From: an uncultured virus (IMG/VR IMGVR_UViG_3300012013_000859)
Lineage: Duplodnaviria > Heunggongvirae > Uroviricota > Caudoviricetes
DNA: 64,000 bases
IMG/VR virus record: IMGVR_UViG_3300012013_000859
Direction: 5' to 3' (one strand)
Shown here: one piece after another, positions 50,276-59,164 of the stretch
Numbering within the stretch: the stretch's first letter is position 1
Layout of the letters: each line of letters opens with the position of its first letter
Program-made: the position numbers and the translations under genes
Notes under the pieces: generated by a model
Told to the model about the DNA's origin: nothing
The model's input: the letters and a program-made list of their open reading frames with translations, nothing else
Databases searched by the model: none

Positions 50276-51085
50276 ATGAACGCAGAACAAGAAATCTTTA
50301 ACGCATATAAACAAGTATTGTCAGAAAAAACAAACAAACAGGATTTACCTGGTGTTAATATTATAGGCAACGGGGGTTACAATAATAGTAAAGCAGCTGA
50401 TCTTGAAGATCAGGGAGGACCCGGTAATGTTGAAGGTGTGCAAAAACCTGAAGAAGTTGACCTGAGTCAAAAATCATCCAACTATAATAAAATGCAAAAA
50501 AAATCTAAAAAATCTAAAAAAGTATGTGAGTCCGCAATAAATAAAAATATGAACAAAACAAAATCATCTTTTGATAAACTTTTTGAAGACGCAATGTCAG
50601 ACAATTCAGATCTTGAAGATCTTGGTATTGAAAATTCTACCGAGGCTGGTGATGATACCGGTGATAGTGTAGATTTTAACGTTGGTGGTGGTGATGAAGT
50701 AACAGTTACACTTGATCGTGCAACAGCTCAAGCGTTACATGACGTTTTGATGGCCGCTCTTGGTGGTGGTGATGAAAATGATGATATGGAAGGTGATGAT
50801 ATGGAAGGCGATGATATGGAAGGTGATGATATGGAAGGTGAGGATGAGGACGTTATGCCAGAAGCAACTGAAATGGAAGAGCTTCCTAAACATGCTGGTC
50901 ATCATTTGACAGATCCTAAGAAATATAATGTTGGTGATGAAAAAGTCAAGCCAGCAGGTGGTAAAGCCAATTCTGGTAAGATTCCAGCAGTAGATACAGG
51001 CAGTGTTGGGCATAAGTACAAACAAGGTGCGCAGAAGGTTGAAGGTAGTCACTTAAAGCCAGGTGCAAGTTTCTTTAAATCGTAA
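50276..51085 (+). CDS. Acidic low-complexity head/scaffold-like protein
   Basis: D/E-rich, VTVTLDRATAQ.LHDVL motif, DDMEG repeats, several xxE protease-type sites. Confidence 0.6.
   Translation: MNAEQEIFNAYKQVLSEKTNKQDLPGVNIIGNGGYNNSKAADLEDQGGPGNVEGVQKPEEVDLSQKSSNYNKMQKKSKKSKKVCESAINKNMNKTKSSFDKLFEDAMSDNSDLEDLGIENSTEAGDDTGDSVDFNVGGGDEVTVTLDRATAQALHDVLMAALGGGDENDDMEGDDMEGDDMEGDDMEGEDEDVMPEATEMEELPKHAGHHLTDPKKYNVGDEKVKPAGGKANSGKIPAVDTGSVGHKYKQGAQKVEGSHLKPGASFFKS
50780..50839 (+). repeat. 4 x 15-bp tandem repeat gatgatatggaagg(t/c) (DDMEG)
   Basis: Read directly from the sequence. Confidence 0.95.
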
Positions 51086-51103
51086 ATAATTAATTAAAAC
51101 CCC

Positions 51104-51144
51104 AAAAAAAGCCTGAACGGTATCAAATCGTTCAGGCTTTTTTT
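51104..51144. terminator. Intrinsic terminator, potentially bidirectional
   Basis: A7-gcctgaacg (51111-51119)...cgttcaggc (51129-51137)-T7. Confidence 0.9.
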
Positions 51145-51151
51145 ATAAATA
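51144..51151 (+). promoter_or_regulatory. T4-type late promoter TATAAATA
   Basis: Exact consensus abutting the terminator U-tract, 5 nt before ATG 51157. Confidence 0.85.
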
Positions 51152-51156
51152 ATAAT

Positions 51157-51549
51157 ATGCCTATAAACTTCAAAGCATTTCATACAAGTCGTGAAGGTAA
51201 GCGTGGCCCACAACACATGGGACCCAATGCTCTAGTTGGAGGAACACCGGGGTATGTTCCAAAGTCATTATCACTGATTGCTACAGTTCATGCATCTCCT
51301 AGTACCGTTGAAGAAAATATAATTGATGTTTTACGTAAATCAGAAGGTAACAGAATTTGTACACCTAATTTAATTGCACATATCAACACTCTTTACCCGA
51401 CGATTATATCTAACTTAGAAAACGGTGACGAGCGTCAATTGGGTCGTTCAGGGGATAGTACATGTCAAGTGTTTATTAAAAAAGATATCATTCAAAACAA
51501 ACCAATGTTTAGGATATTTAGTAAAAAAATAATGAGGAGAAAAATTTAA
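51157..51549 (+). CDS. Hypothetical late protein
   Basis: 130-aa ORF, stop overlaps the gp14 start. Confidence 0.6.
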   Translation: MPINFKAFHTSREGKRGPQHMGPNALVGGTPGYVPKSLSLIATVHASPSTVEENIIDVLRKSEGNRICTPNLIAHINTLYPTIISNLENGDERQLGRSGDSTCQVFIKKDIIQNKPMFRIFSKKIMRRKI

Positions 51550-52298
51550 TGGCTACATGTTATTATAGTGGTGCAGGTAATGGTACAAATTGTTTTGAAT
51601 TATATGACAAAACAAGGATGGAACCGGATATAACTGTAATAAGTAACACAGTTGAAGAGGCTATTAATACGTTAGGACAAAAAATTGATTACTATGTTAA
51701 TACCTACAACCCATTAAGTGCAGATAATATATATGGTGAACAACCAACTAGTATTTTTTATGGACCTAAACAATTAAAGATTTATATTGAATTGAACGAA
51801 AATGCATTAGCATTGAGTAAATTTGGCTATAATGCTGATGATGATCTAACGGGATATTTCAGTATAAGCGGCTATAAAACTGCATTTGCAGCCACATCTG
51901 TATATACTGATTTATCTCAAGACATTGAACCAAAAGCCGGTGATGTATTTCAAATGACTGAATACGGTAATGATCGAACAGGCAACCGTGCTGGAAATTA
52001 CTTTAGAATTACTGAAAGACTTGATCAAGATATTGCTTCACTTAATCCATTAGGTGGACATTATATGTGGCGTATCAAAGGTAAGAGACTTGAATATAGT
52101 TTCCAACCAGGGTTGACTGGTGAGAAAGGTAATGATCAAGTATATGATAGTACATTCTCAGGAATTGTATCATCCACTATCGGTAATCAATTATCATCCA
52201 CTGGTAAGGTATACACTGAAAATGTTGATGATGCTAGTAAAGAATACGTATTAGATCAAACCGTAAACAATACTGACGTTTATGGTGGGTACAGTTAA
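51549..52298 (+). CDS. gp14: Neck protein gp14
   Basis: EAINTLGQKIDYY, DNIYGE, LSKFG..ADD, PKAGDV. Confidence 0.8.
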   Translation: MATCYYSGAGNGTNCFELYDKTRMEPDITVISNTVEEAINTLGQKIDYYVNTYNPLSADNIYGEQPTSIFYGPKQLKIYIELNENALALSKFGYNADDDLTGYFSISGYKTAFAATSVYTDLSQDIEPKAGDVFQMTEYGNDRTGNRAGNYFRITERLDQDIASLNPLGGHYMWRIKGKRLEYSFQPGLTGEKGNDQVYDSTFSGIVSSTIGNQLSSTGKVYTENVDDASKEYVLDQTVNNTDVYGGYS

Positions 52299-52305
52299 TT
52301 AACAG

Positions 52306-52638
52306 TTATTCAGTCGGAGGAATATTTGGTCTACGATTGTTACCATTAACCATAGTTGGATCTTTACTAAGTTCATTAATAGCATTAACAATATAATTAA
52401 ACGCTGATGCTAAAGTTGCATTTGTTTCCATTGCTGCTATAACATCATTACACCCAATTGTAACACCACCTCTGTTTGTAATTTCACCGGTTGCTGGATC
52501 GTAAGGCACCAACTGAGCATCAAATTTAATTTTTTCAGATGGTGAAGGAGCATTAATTCGAATATTTTTGATCCATGCTTGTGTATATACTTTCTCTACG
52601 ACAGCAGGTATTTCAAATGGTGTTGGTAATTCAATCAT
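52306..52638 (-). CDS. Hypothetical late protein (possible fibre assembly factor)
   Basis: 110-aa ORF with TATAAATA 5 nt upstream. Confidence 0.6.
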   Translation of the reverse strand: MIELPTPFEIPAVVEKVYTQAWIKNIRINAPSPSEKIKFDAQLVPYDPATGEITNRGGVTIGCNDVIAAMETNATLASAFNYIVNAINELSKDPTMVNGNNRRPNIPPTE

Positions 52639-52643
52639 ACAAA

Positions 52644-52688
52644 TATTTATATAAAACGTATGGTTTTTTTGTTTCAGTGTTGTAAATA
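52644..52688. promoter_or_regulatory. Divergent late boxes TATAAATA (-, 52644-52651) and TGTAAATA (+, 52681-52688)
   Basis: 5 and 6 nt from the ATGs at 52638 and 52695. Confidence 0.7.
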
Positions 52689-52694
52689 ATCATA

Positions 52695-53564
52695 ATGGAT
52701 AATATTATTTTTGAAATTTCCGGTGGTATTGGTAAAAATATCGTTGCAACAGCTGTTATAAGAGCACTTAAAAAACAGTACCCGGAAAAAAACATTATAC
52801 TACAAACAGCATACCCGGAAATATTTTTAAATAATCCAAATGTTTACCGTGTATATCGACATGGTGCACCGTACTTTTATGATAATCATATCAAAGATCA
52901 CAACACACAATTTGTGTTAAATGATGTGTATAGGTGTTCTAGTTATCTTTTAGGGTTGAAGTCTCAAGCAGAATGTTGGTGTGAACAAAATAATATCCAA
53001 TTTGATGGCAAACACCCTGATCTGTATTTGAATCCGCTTGAACTTCAACGAGCACGAAACAAAATACAAACCCAAAAACCTTTGTTATTAATCCAACCAT
53101 TTTGTGGTTTTTCAACAGAAGTTAAATATAACTGGAATAGAGATATACCACCACAACAAATAACTGAAATTACTTCAGTTTTATCTAAAAAATATGATAT
53201 ATTTCAAATTGCACGTCCAGATCAAATTCAAGTTCCAAATACCACACTGTTTCATTCAAATGATCTTAGAGAACTGCTTGGGGTAATTGCTATAAGTGAT
53301 GCTAGATTAGGTGTAGATAGTTTCATGCAACATGCAGCTGCTGCATTTAACTTGCCATCAGTTGTATGTTGGATAACAAATACTCCATTGGTAGCTGGGT
53401 ATAATTCACATACAAATATATATCCATCTGCAGATACAAACCCCAATATTTCAACAGTCAACGGTAATTATCAATTACATGATTTCAATGGTGGTAATAC
53501 ATTTGATTTCCCGTTCTACCATACTAATATATTTGATATCAACCAAATTTTATCAAACTTTTAA
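52695..53564 (+). CDS. Glycosyltransferase, GT9 (heptosyltransferase-like, GT-B fold)
   Basis: GGIGKNIVAT..I..LK..YP, PEIFLNNPNV, LRELLGVI..SD..LGVDSFMQHAAAAFNLPSVV.W. Confidence 0.85.
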   Translation: MDNIIFEISGGIGKNIVATAVIRALKKQYPEKNIILQTAYPEIFLNNPNVYRVYRHGAPYFYDNHIKDHNTQFVLNDVYRCSSYLLGLKSQAECWCEQNNIQFDGKHPDLYLNPLELQRARNKIQTQKPLLLIQPFCGFSTEVKYNWNRDIPPQQITEITSVLSKKYDIFQIARPDQIQVPNTTLFHSNDLRELLGVIAISDARLGVDSFMQHAAAAFNLPSVVCWITNTPLVAGYNSHTNIYPSADTNPNISTVNGNYQLHDFNGGNTFDFPFYHTNIFDINQILSNF

Positions 53565-54388
53565 TGGAACATAAAAACATTTTTTTCAATTCGTCAATGC
53601 CTCGTTCTTGTAGTACTTTATTACAAAACGTATTGATGCAAAACCCCTCTATTTTTGCAACCCAAACTGACCCGGTATTGGAATATTTGTACGCAGCAAG
53701 AATCAATTATACTGATTCCACAGAAGTAAAAGCACAAGATGCTACAATTGCATTAAAAAACTGGCGAGGGTTTTGTTGGGGTGGTTTGAATGGGTATACC
53801 ACTGCATATACAGATAGACCCAATATTTGTATAAAAACCCGTGGTGGTACAATTCACTATAATTGGTTCAAACAATTCATGCCATATCAACCAAAAATGA
53901 TATGCATGGTTAGGAATTTAAAAGCAGTTATCGCATCAATGGAAATGTTATTCCGTGCTAATGTTGAAAAACATCAACCTATTGAAAACCATGCACAATT
54001 AAGTGGTAATAATACATTAAAACGCATCGATTCATTTCTTGCATCTCCTCCGATTGGATTAGCTCTTGACCGTATTAAAGATTGTTTTCAACAAGGAATT
54101 AATAAGCATGTATTGTATATTCGTGCAGAAGATTTTTGTTCATTTCCAACCAGAGAAATAAACAAAATTTACAATTATTTAGAATTGCCTGAATTTAAGC
54201 ACAATTTTGATAATATTGAGCAATATACACAAGAAGATGATAGTGTGTATGGATTGTCTCCAAATTTACATACAATACGTAATGTATTACAACCAATTAA
54301 AGATAATAGTGTATCAGTTCTTGGTGTTGATGCTTGTAAATGGATTGATAATAATTATCAATGGTACCAACAATTGTTTAATTATTAA
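53564..54388 (+). CDS. Sulfotransferase family protein
   Basis: 5'-PSB loop SMPRSCSTLL, 3'-PB ICMVRN...VIAS, IRAEDF...P...INKIYNYL. Confidence 0.85.
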   Translation: MEHKNIFFNSSMPRSCSTLLQNVLMQNPSIFATQTDPVLEYLYAARINYTDSTEVKAQDATIALKNWRGFCWGGLNGYTTAYTDRPNICIKTRGGTIHYNWFKQFMPYQPKMICMVRNLKAVIASMEMLFRANVEKHQPIENHAQLSGNNTLKRIDSFLASPPIGLALDRIKDCFQQGINKHVLYIRAEDFCSFPTREINKIYNYLELPEFKHNFDNIEQYTQEDDSVYGLSPNLHTIRNVLQPIKDNSVSVLGVDACKWIDNNYQWYQQLFNY

Positions 54389-56427
54389 GGTGATGCATTT
54401 GCACTTAATGCACCAGCATTTGTTATAAATATTCTGTAACGGGTACCGTCTGGTGATTTTAGATAAATATATGATGGGTTAGTATCTGGTATAATTTCAA
54501 AACTATTAACGTATGTTGTATTTGCTGATAAAGCAGTAATACCGGTACCTATAATAAATGATGCTGATAATGCACTTTTAATTGTGTTGTTTTGTCCACC
54601 AAATATACCAGAATAACATCCACTTGCAGAGTTACACCGACCGTTAACTATTGAATACGGTCCAATTGCTCGACTGCTAAATCCACCCACAACCGTTGAA
54701 TATATACCACTTGATATATTACATAACCCACCGAATACACCTGAATAACATCCACTTGCTGAATTGCAACGACCATTAACTATTGAATAACATCCACTTG
54801 CTCGACTGCTAAATCCACCTACAACTGTTGAATATATACCACTTGCAGTATTGCAACGACCACCACCCACGGTTGAACATCCACCGGTTGCTGAGTTATT
54901 AAATCCACCTACAACTGTCGAATATAATCCACTTGCAGTATTGCAACGACCACCACCCACGGTTGAATAACCACCACATGCAGTATTAGAAAGACCTCCA
55001 CCGATAAATGAATAACATACAGTTGCTGAGTTATTATGTCCACCACCCACGGTTGAATATACATCACTTGCAGTATTAGTACGACCTCCACCAGTGGTTG
55101 TGAAATTTGCACATGCAGTATTATAAAAACCACCACTAATTGTTGAATGACTACCTGATGCTATATTATTACCACCACCACCTATTGTTGAAGCACCACC
55201 TGATGCTATATTAGTATCACCACCACCAACGGTCGCGAAGGTACTTGATGCGCAGTTGTTATGCCCACCACTGATCGTTGAATAATATCCACTTGATGTG
55301 TTACCCTTACCACCGCCAATTGTCGCCATGTCACATGTCGCGGAGTTTTGATACCCTCCACTCACTGTTGTTCCACCACAATACCCACTTGATGTGTTAC
55401 ACCTACCACCACCAATTGTTGCCCCTAAACTATTACTATTACTGTATGAAGTACTTGCAGTATTAGTAATTCCTCCAGCTACTGTTGAATATAATCCACA
55501 TGCAAGGTTAGTGCAACCACCACTTACGGTTGAATAATCTCCAGATGCAGTATTATTAAGACCACCACCGATAAATGAATTGTAGCAGCATGCAGTATTA
55601 TTATTTCCTCCAGCTACTGTTGAATAACATGCACTTGCAGTATTAGAACAACCTCCACCCACGGTTGAATAACCATAACTTGCAGTATTAGAACGACCTC
55701 CACCCACTGTTGAATGAGTACCACATGCAAGGTTAGTGCAGCCACCACCTACGGTTGAATTAGTAGCGTTTGCTGTATTACTATAACCGCCACTTGCGGT
55801 TGAACAATCTCCGTTTGCAGTATTGCATCGTCCTCCACCAACAAATGAACTTGCTCCAACTGCTGTGTTACCACTACCACCACTAATGGTCGAACATGCG
55901 CCGCTTGCAACTCCCCCGGCACCGGAACGTATTTTTTGCCAATCAGTTGCATATGTACCACGATTATTACCACCAACTGTTGTACCATCAGCTATTTGTG
56001 CTACCGTTGCACCTGTACCTTTAGCAGCTAAAACAACATTTCTATTAACAGAACCATATGCACTTATTCCACTATAAACTGTACCAGCTAATTGACCAGA
56101 AACTGATATAAAAGTATTTGTTACATTTAAATTAATAAATTTTGTATTTACAGCTGAAAGTGAATTAGAAGATAAGCTATTAATTGTTGCAGAAGTGGAT
56201 ATTAAGTTATTAACTGTTCCATTTGCAGCTGATAGAACGCTAAAATATGCAGAAGTTGCTGATAATGCATTTGATGCACTTAATGATCCAACTAAATAAA
56301 AATCACCTTGAAATGGGTATGCTGGAGATGCTATAGGATCTTGTGCACTTGTAGGTACACCAGCAACTGCAGTGGTGTGATGATCTGCCCTGTGAGATTT
56401 ATTATGAAATCGATTATTACCAGCCAT
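54385..56427 (-). CDS. Fibre/adhesin with about 30 Cys-containing 15-aa beta-roll repeats
   Basis: STVGGGxxNTASGxY repeats; N-terminal NRFHNK.HR..HHT; C-terminal LKSPDGTRYRI.ITNAGALSA. Confidence 0.75.
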   Translation of the reverse strand: MAGNNRFHNKSHRADHHTTAVAGVPTSAQDPIASPAYPFQGDFYLVGSLSASNALSATSAYFSVLSAANGTVNNLISTSATINSLSSNSLSAVNTKFINLNVTNTFISVSGQLAGTVYSGISAYGSVNRNVVLAAKGTGATVAQIADGTTVGGNNRGTYATDWQKIRSGAGGVASGACSTISGGSGNTAVGASSFVGGGRCNTANGDCSTASGGYSNTANATNSTVGGGCTNLACGTHSTVGGGRSNTASYGYSTVGGGCSNTASACYSTVAGGNNNTACCYNSFIGGGLNNTASGDYSTVSGGCTNLACGLYSTVAGGITNTASTSYSNSNSLGATIGGGRCNTSSGYCGGTTVSGGYQNSATCDMATIGGGKGNTSSGYYSTISGGHNNCASSTFATVGGGDTNIASGGASTIGGGGNNIASGSHSTISGGFYNTACANFTTTGGGRTNTASDVYSTVGGGHNNSATVCYSFIGGGLSNTACGGYSTVGGGRCNTASGLYSTVVGGFNNSATGGCSTVGGGRCNTASGIYSTVVGGFSSRASGCYSIVNGRCNSASGCYSGVFGGLCNISSGIYSTVVGGFSSRAIGPYSIVNGRCNSASGCYSGIFGGQNNTIKSALSASFIIGTGITALSANTTYVNSFEIIPDTNPSYIYLKSPDGTRYRIFITNAGALSANASP
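54590..55895 (-). repeat. 45-bp periodic coding repeat array with higher-order 90-bp and 132-bp duplications
   Basis: For example 54811-54878 versus 54901-54968, and the block at 54611 versus 54743. Confidence 0.85.
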
Positions 56428-56436
56428 TTGTGTTTA

Positions 56437-56460
56437 TATTTATTTATATCACACTAAATA
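56437..56460. promoter_or_regulatory. Divergent late boxes TATAAATA (-, 56441-56448) and ACTAAATA (+, 56453-56460)
   Basis: Between the divergent starts at 56427 and 56472. Confidence 0.65.
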
Positions 56461-56471
56461 TAATTACTAAA

Positions 56472-57185
56472 ATGGCAGATACATTATTAAATCCAATCGC
56501 ATGTAATTTTGCATCATTATGCGCTTTTAATGCAAATTATGATATTGTTTGGTCATTCCAATATAGTTTATGTGGACAATCTAATGCATCAGCTGGATTT
56601 GTGACATTTTTAACTGAAAATCCAACTTTAACTGGTGGTGGTATCGGTAGAGCATTAGGTTGCGGACCTTCTTCTGATTTTACTAACACTCCTAACGTTT
56701 CTGGTTACGTTTCTGGTGTGTCTGGACATCAACTGAGTATAGCATTTGATACAACAGGGTTGTATAGCACATCTGGTCATGGGTTTACCACAAATAAATC
56801 AGCAAGTGCTAATAGTCTAATTATTAGAAAGGGAAATACCTTTACTTTATTATCAGCATTTCAGTTGTCTGGTTTAGATACCAACTTTACCTTGTTGTCA
56901 ACATCAACAGTTTACAACACATTACGGTTCACGTTAACAAATTCTGCTCAAATTTTAAAAATCGATGTGTTGAGAGACACAGAATATGTAAATTTAGTTG
57001 AAGTTAAAACGTTTAACACGATTTATAACTCATTAAGCACCAAATATTTTATCGGTGTATCATATGCTACACCCGTTAGTGGTAATTCAAACAAAGCTGT
57101 GTTAAAAATCAAAGATTTTCACATTCAAGGAACGACTCAAACACCTACAATTACTGCACGTTACCCTGCTATATTAACTGGCTAA
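56472..57185 (+). CDS. Legume-lectin/ConA-like virion protein
   Basis: WSFQY...AGFVTFL...GGGIGRALG...LSIAFDT; start ATG 56472. Confidence 0.55.
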   Translation: MADTLLNPIACNFASLCAFNANYDIVWSFQYSLCGQSNASAGFVTFLTENPTLTGGGIGRALGCGPSSDFTNTPNVSGYVSGVSGHQLSIAFDTTGLYSTSGHGFTTNKSASANSLIIRKGNTFTLLSAFQLSGLDTNFTLLSTSTVYNTLRFTLTNSAQILKIDVLRDTEYVNLVEVKTFNTIYNSLSTKYFIGVSYATPVSGNSNKAVLKIKDFHIQGTTQTPTITARYPAILTG

Positions 57186-57428
57186 CATTGCCAATGCTTC
57201 TTCACATTTAACGTCATGAAGCATACTCAAATACCTCTCATTGATATATTTCTGTAATGCAATTGGTTTGACCCAATCATTATTATTGAGATCTATTTTT
57301 TTACGTTCAGCGACTTGAGTTATAACATCTAATGCTTCAACTAAACATAACCATCTGGTATAAGTTTCAATTGTCATTTCTTCTGATGTTCCATTTGATT
57401 TATTAATGGTTACGTATTGTTGTTTCAT
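57174..57428 (-). CDS. Hypothetical protein
   Basis: 84-aa ORF coupled to the upstream gene. Confidence 0.6.
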   Translation of the reverse strand: MKQQYVTINKSNGTSEEMTIETYTRWLCLVEALDVITQVAERKKIDLNNNDWVKPIALQKYINERYLSMLHDVKCEEALAMLAS

Positions 57429-57835
57429 AAGTTTCTAAATATATTTCCTGCAATTAAAGCTTGTAAAGTCATTGTATTTGGTTGAATCCCAAGATTATCT
57501 ATTATTTCAATGCTGTTTATTAACGTTTTAAATATTGCTTCGATTATTATAATCGATTTCCCATCTAAATTATTGTCTTTGGAAAGGTAATCTGTATAAA
57601 TTGATTTGATATTTGATAATATATGTATCAACATCTTGTTTGCATTTGAATTATCATTAAAATGCAGATACCCTTTATCAAATTGTTTAACTAATAGTGG
57701 AGATACTTGACCTAATTTGTATTTTATTAATTCTATAATTTCTGTTGTAGATATTTGAGAGTAAGGTGGTAATGCCGTCAAGCTTGACTGTACTTCTGTT
57801 GCATTTTGTAGTTCTTTTGATTTAAATTCGCTCAT
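57425..57835 (-). CDS. Hypothetical protein
   Basis: 136-aa ORF in the same operon. Confidence 0.6.
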   Translation of the reverse strand: MSEFKSKELQNATEVQSSLTALPPYSQISTTEIIELIKYKLGQVSPLLVKQFDKGYLHFNDNSNANKMLIHILSNIKSIYTDYLSKDNNLDGKSIIIIEAIFKTLINSIEIIDNLGIQPNTMTLQALIAGNIFRNL

Positions 57836-58262
57836 TTGTATTTTTATTTGGCATATTCTGTTGCGCTTTACGCAACAACCCTTCAGCTGTACCTTCTAAT
57901 GGCAAAGGATCAGTGGTTAAATATGTTTTGACCTCACATGATACTGCAACACGTTTGTTACAATGCAAACAGGTGTAATTATTATCTGATGTGAAAGAAA
58001 CTGGAATAAAATCACGTTTTTCTAAATAACATGGACACGTTACATATGTGCCCCGTGTAACGAGTTCCTTTTCACGTTCATTGTTTACTTTTATAACATA
58101 AATTCTGTAAAATTTAATATACACATTATACAATATAATTTGCAATATGGTACATACAATTACTCCTTGTAAAAATTTTGACCAGGTTGTTGTAAATGGA
58201 TATGTAAATATTGTACTAACAGCTAAAAGTGTAAATATTGCTTTGATGATATTTTTTAACAT
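57822..58262 (-). CDS. Membrane protein with two N-terminal hydrophobic helices and a Cys cluster
   Basis: AIFTLLAVSTIFTYPF, FLQGVIVCTILQIILY; CPC...CLHC; start ATG 58262. Confidence 0.6.
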   Translation of the reverse strand: MLKNIIKAIFTLLAVSTIFTYPFTTTWSKFLQGVIVCTILQIILYNVYIKFYRIYVIKVNNEREKELVTRGTYVTCPCYLEKRDFIPVSFTSDNNYTCLHCNKRVAVSCEVKTYLTTDPLPLEGTAEGLLRKAQQNMPNKNTNERI

Positions 58263-58290
58263 ACACAATATATTATGGGGGTTCCGACAA

Positions 58291-58677
58291 TTAATCAAAT
58301 AAATTGTTTAATTCTTCAGGAATACTAATAATAATCTTATTTGCTTTGTCAATTTTAGTTTTTATTACTTTGTTAAGTATACTTTGTTGAAATGGCTCTA
58401 AACTTGGATTGTTATTGGCTGCATCTACAAATTTTTGTCGCAATTCACACATTTTAACATATAAATCACCAATTTGTTGCACTACAGTTTCAATTTGAAA
58501 TGGTAAAACTTTTGGAGCAGTAGTATTACCTTGGGGTGTTTCAGGATTTGCTTTGGTAATATCCATATTATAAAATGGGTTATCATTTGAACCGGGGCCA
58601 ACACTTGTGGTCTGCCTATCTGCATCAGCTATTTGCTGATCTTCACGTATAAGAAAATTAAAACGGTTTTTTTGCAT
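58291..58677 (-). CDS. Hypothetical late protein
   Basis: MQKNRFNFLIRE N-terminus; CCTAAATA 5 nt upstream. Confidence 0.6.
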   Translation of the reverse strand: MQKNRFNFLIREDQQIADADRQTTSVGPGSNDNPFYNMDITKANPETPQGNTTAPKVLPFQIETVVQQIGDLYVKMCELRQKFVDAANNNPSLEPFQQSILNKVIKTKIDKANKIIISIPEELNNLFD

Positions 58678-58682
58678 ATAAT

Positions 58683-58703
58683 TATTTAGGGGTAATATAA
58701 ATA
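58683..58703. promoter_or_regulatory. Divergent late boxes CCTAAATA (-, 58683-58690) and TATAAATA (+, 58696-58703)
   Basis: Each is 5 nt from its ATG. Confidence 0.75.
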
Positions 58704-58708
58704 ATTAA

Positions 58709-59161
58709 ATGACAAATCTCTTTGAAAATATCTTTTACCATAATCTAGTAAAAGAAGCAGCTAATGAACCAATTGTTCCTCAGGAGAATGATAATGATCA
58801 AACTACAGATGCGGAAGCAATGCAAGCAACACTTGATCCTGGAACTAATCCGACAGATTTGGATGTCCAGCAACATACGTTAGTTGCAGCTCAAGCATCA
58901 GCTGCTGCCGCTGCAAAAATGGTTTCTGAAGTTCAAGGCTGGGTTACACGGCTTGATGAAATGATTAAATTTCTAAACAGCACAGATCCGAAGTCTATTC
59001 AAAGCCAGTTAGCTTCTGCTGCACCAAAAAGCTTGTTCGATTCAATTAGAGTTGGTGAATCGAAGAAAATTTCTCGTGTATCTATGGATATTGCTTCTTT
59101 AAGTGAAATGTTAAAGGGTTATCTTGCGGGCGCGACTGATCCAAAATATCGTGGGGTATAG
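58709..59161 (+). CDS. Hypothetical late protein, possibly prohead core-like
   Basis: MTNLFENIFYHNLVKE, acidic linker, helical C-terminus. Confidence 0.6.
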   Translation: MTNLFENIFYHNLVKEAANEPIVPQENDNDQTTDAEAMQATLDPGTNPTDLDVQQHTLVAAQASAAAAAKMVSEVQGWVTRLDEMIKFLNSTDPKSIQSQLASAAPKSLFDSIRVGESKKISRVSMDIASLSEMLKGYLAGATDPKYRGV

Positions 59162-59164
59162 CTT

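Noticed and set aside
54590..55895. CRISPR-like periodic repeats
   Set aside because: Degenerate in-frame 45-bp coding repeats without unique spacers.
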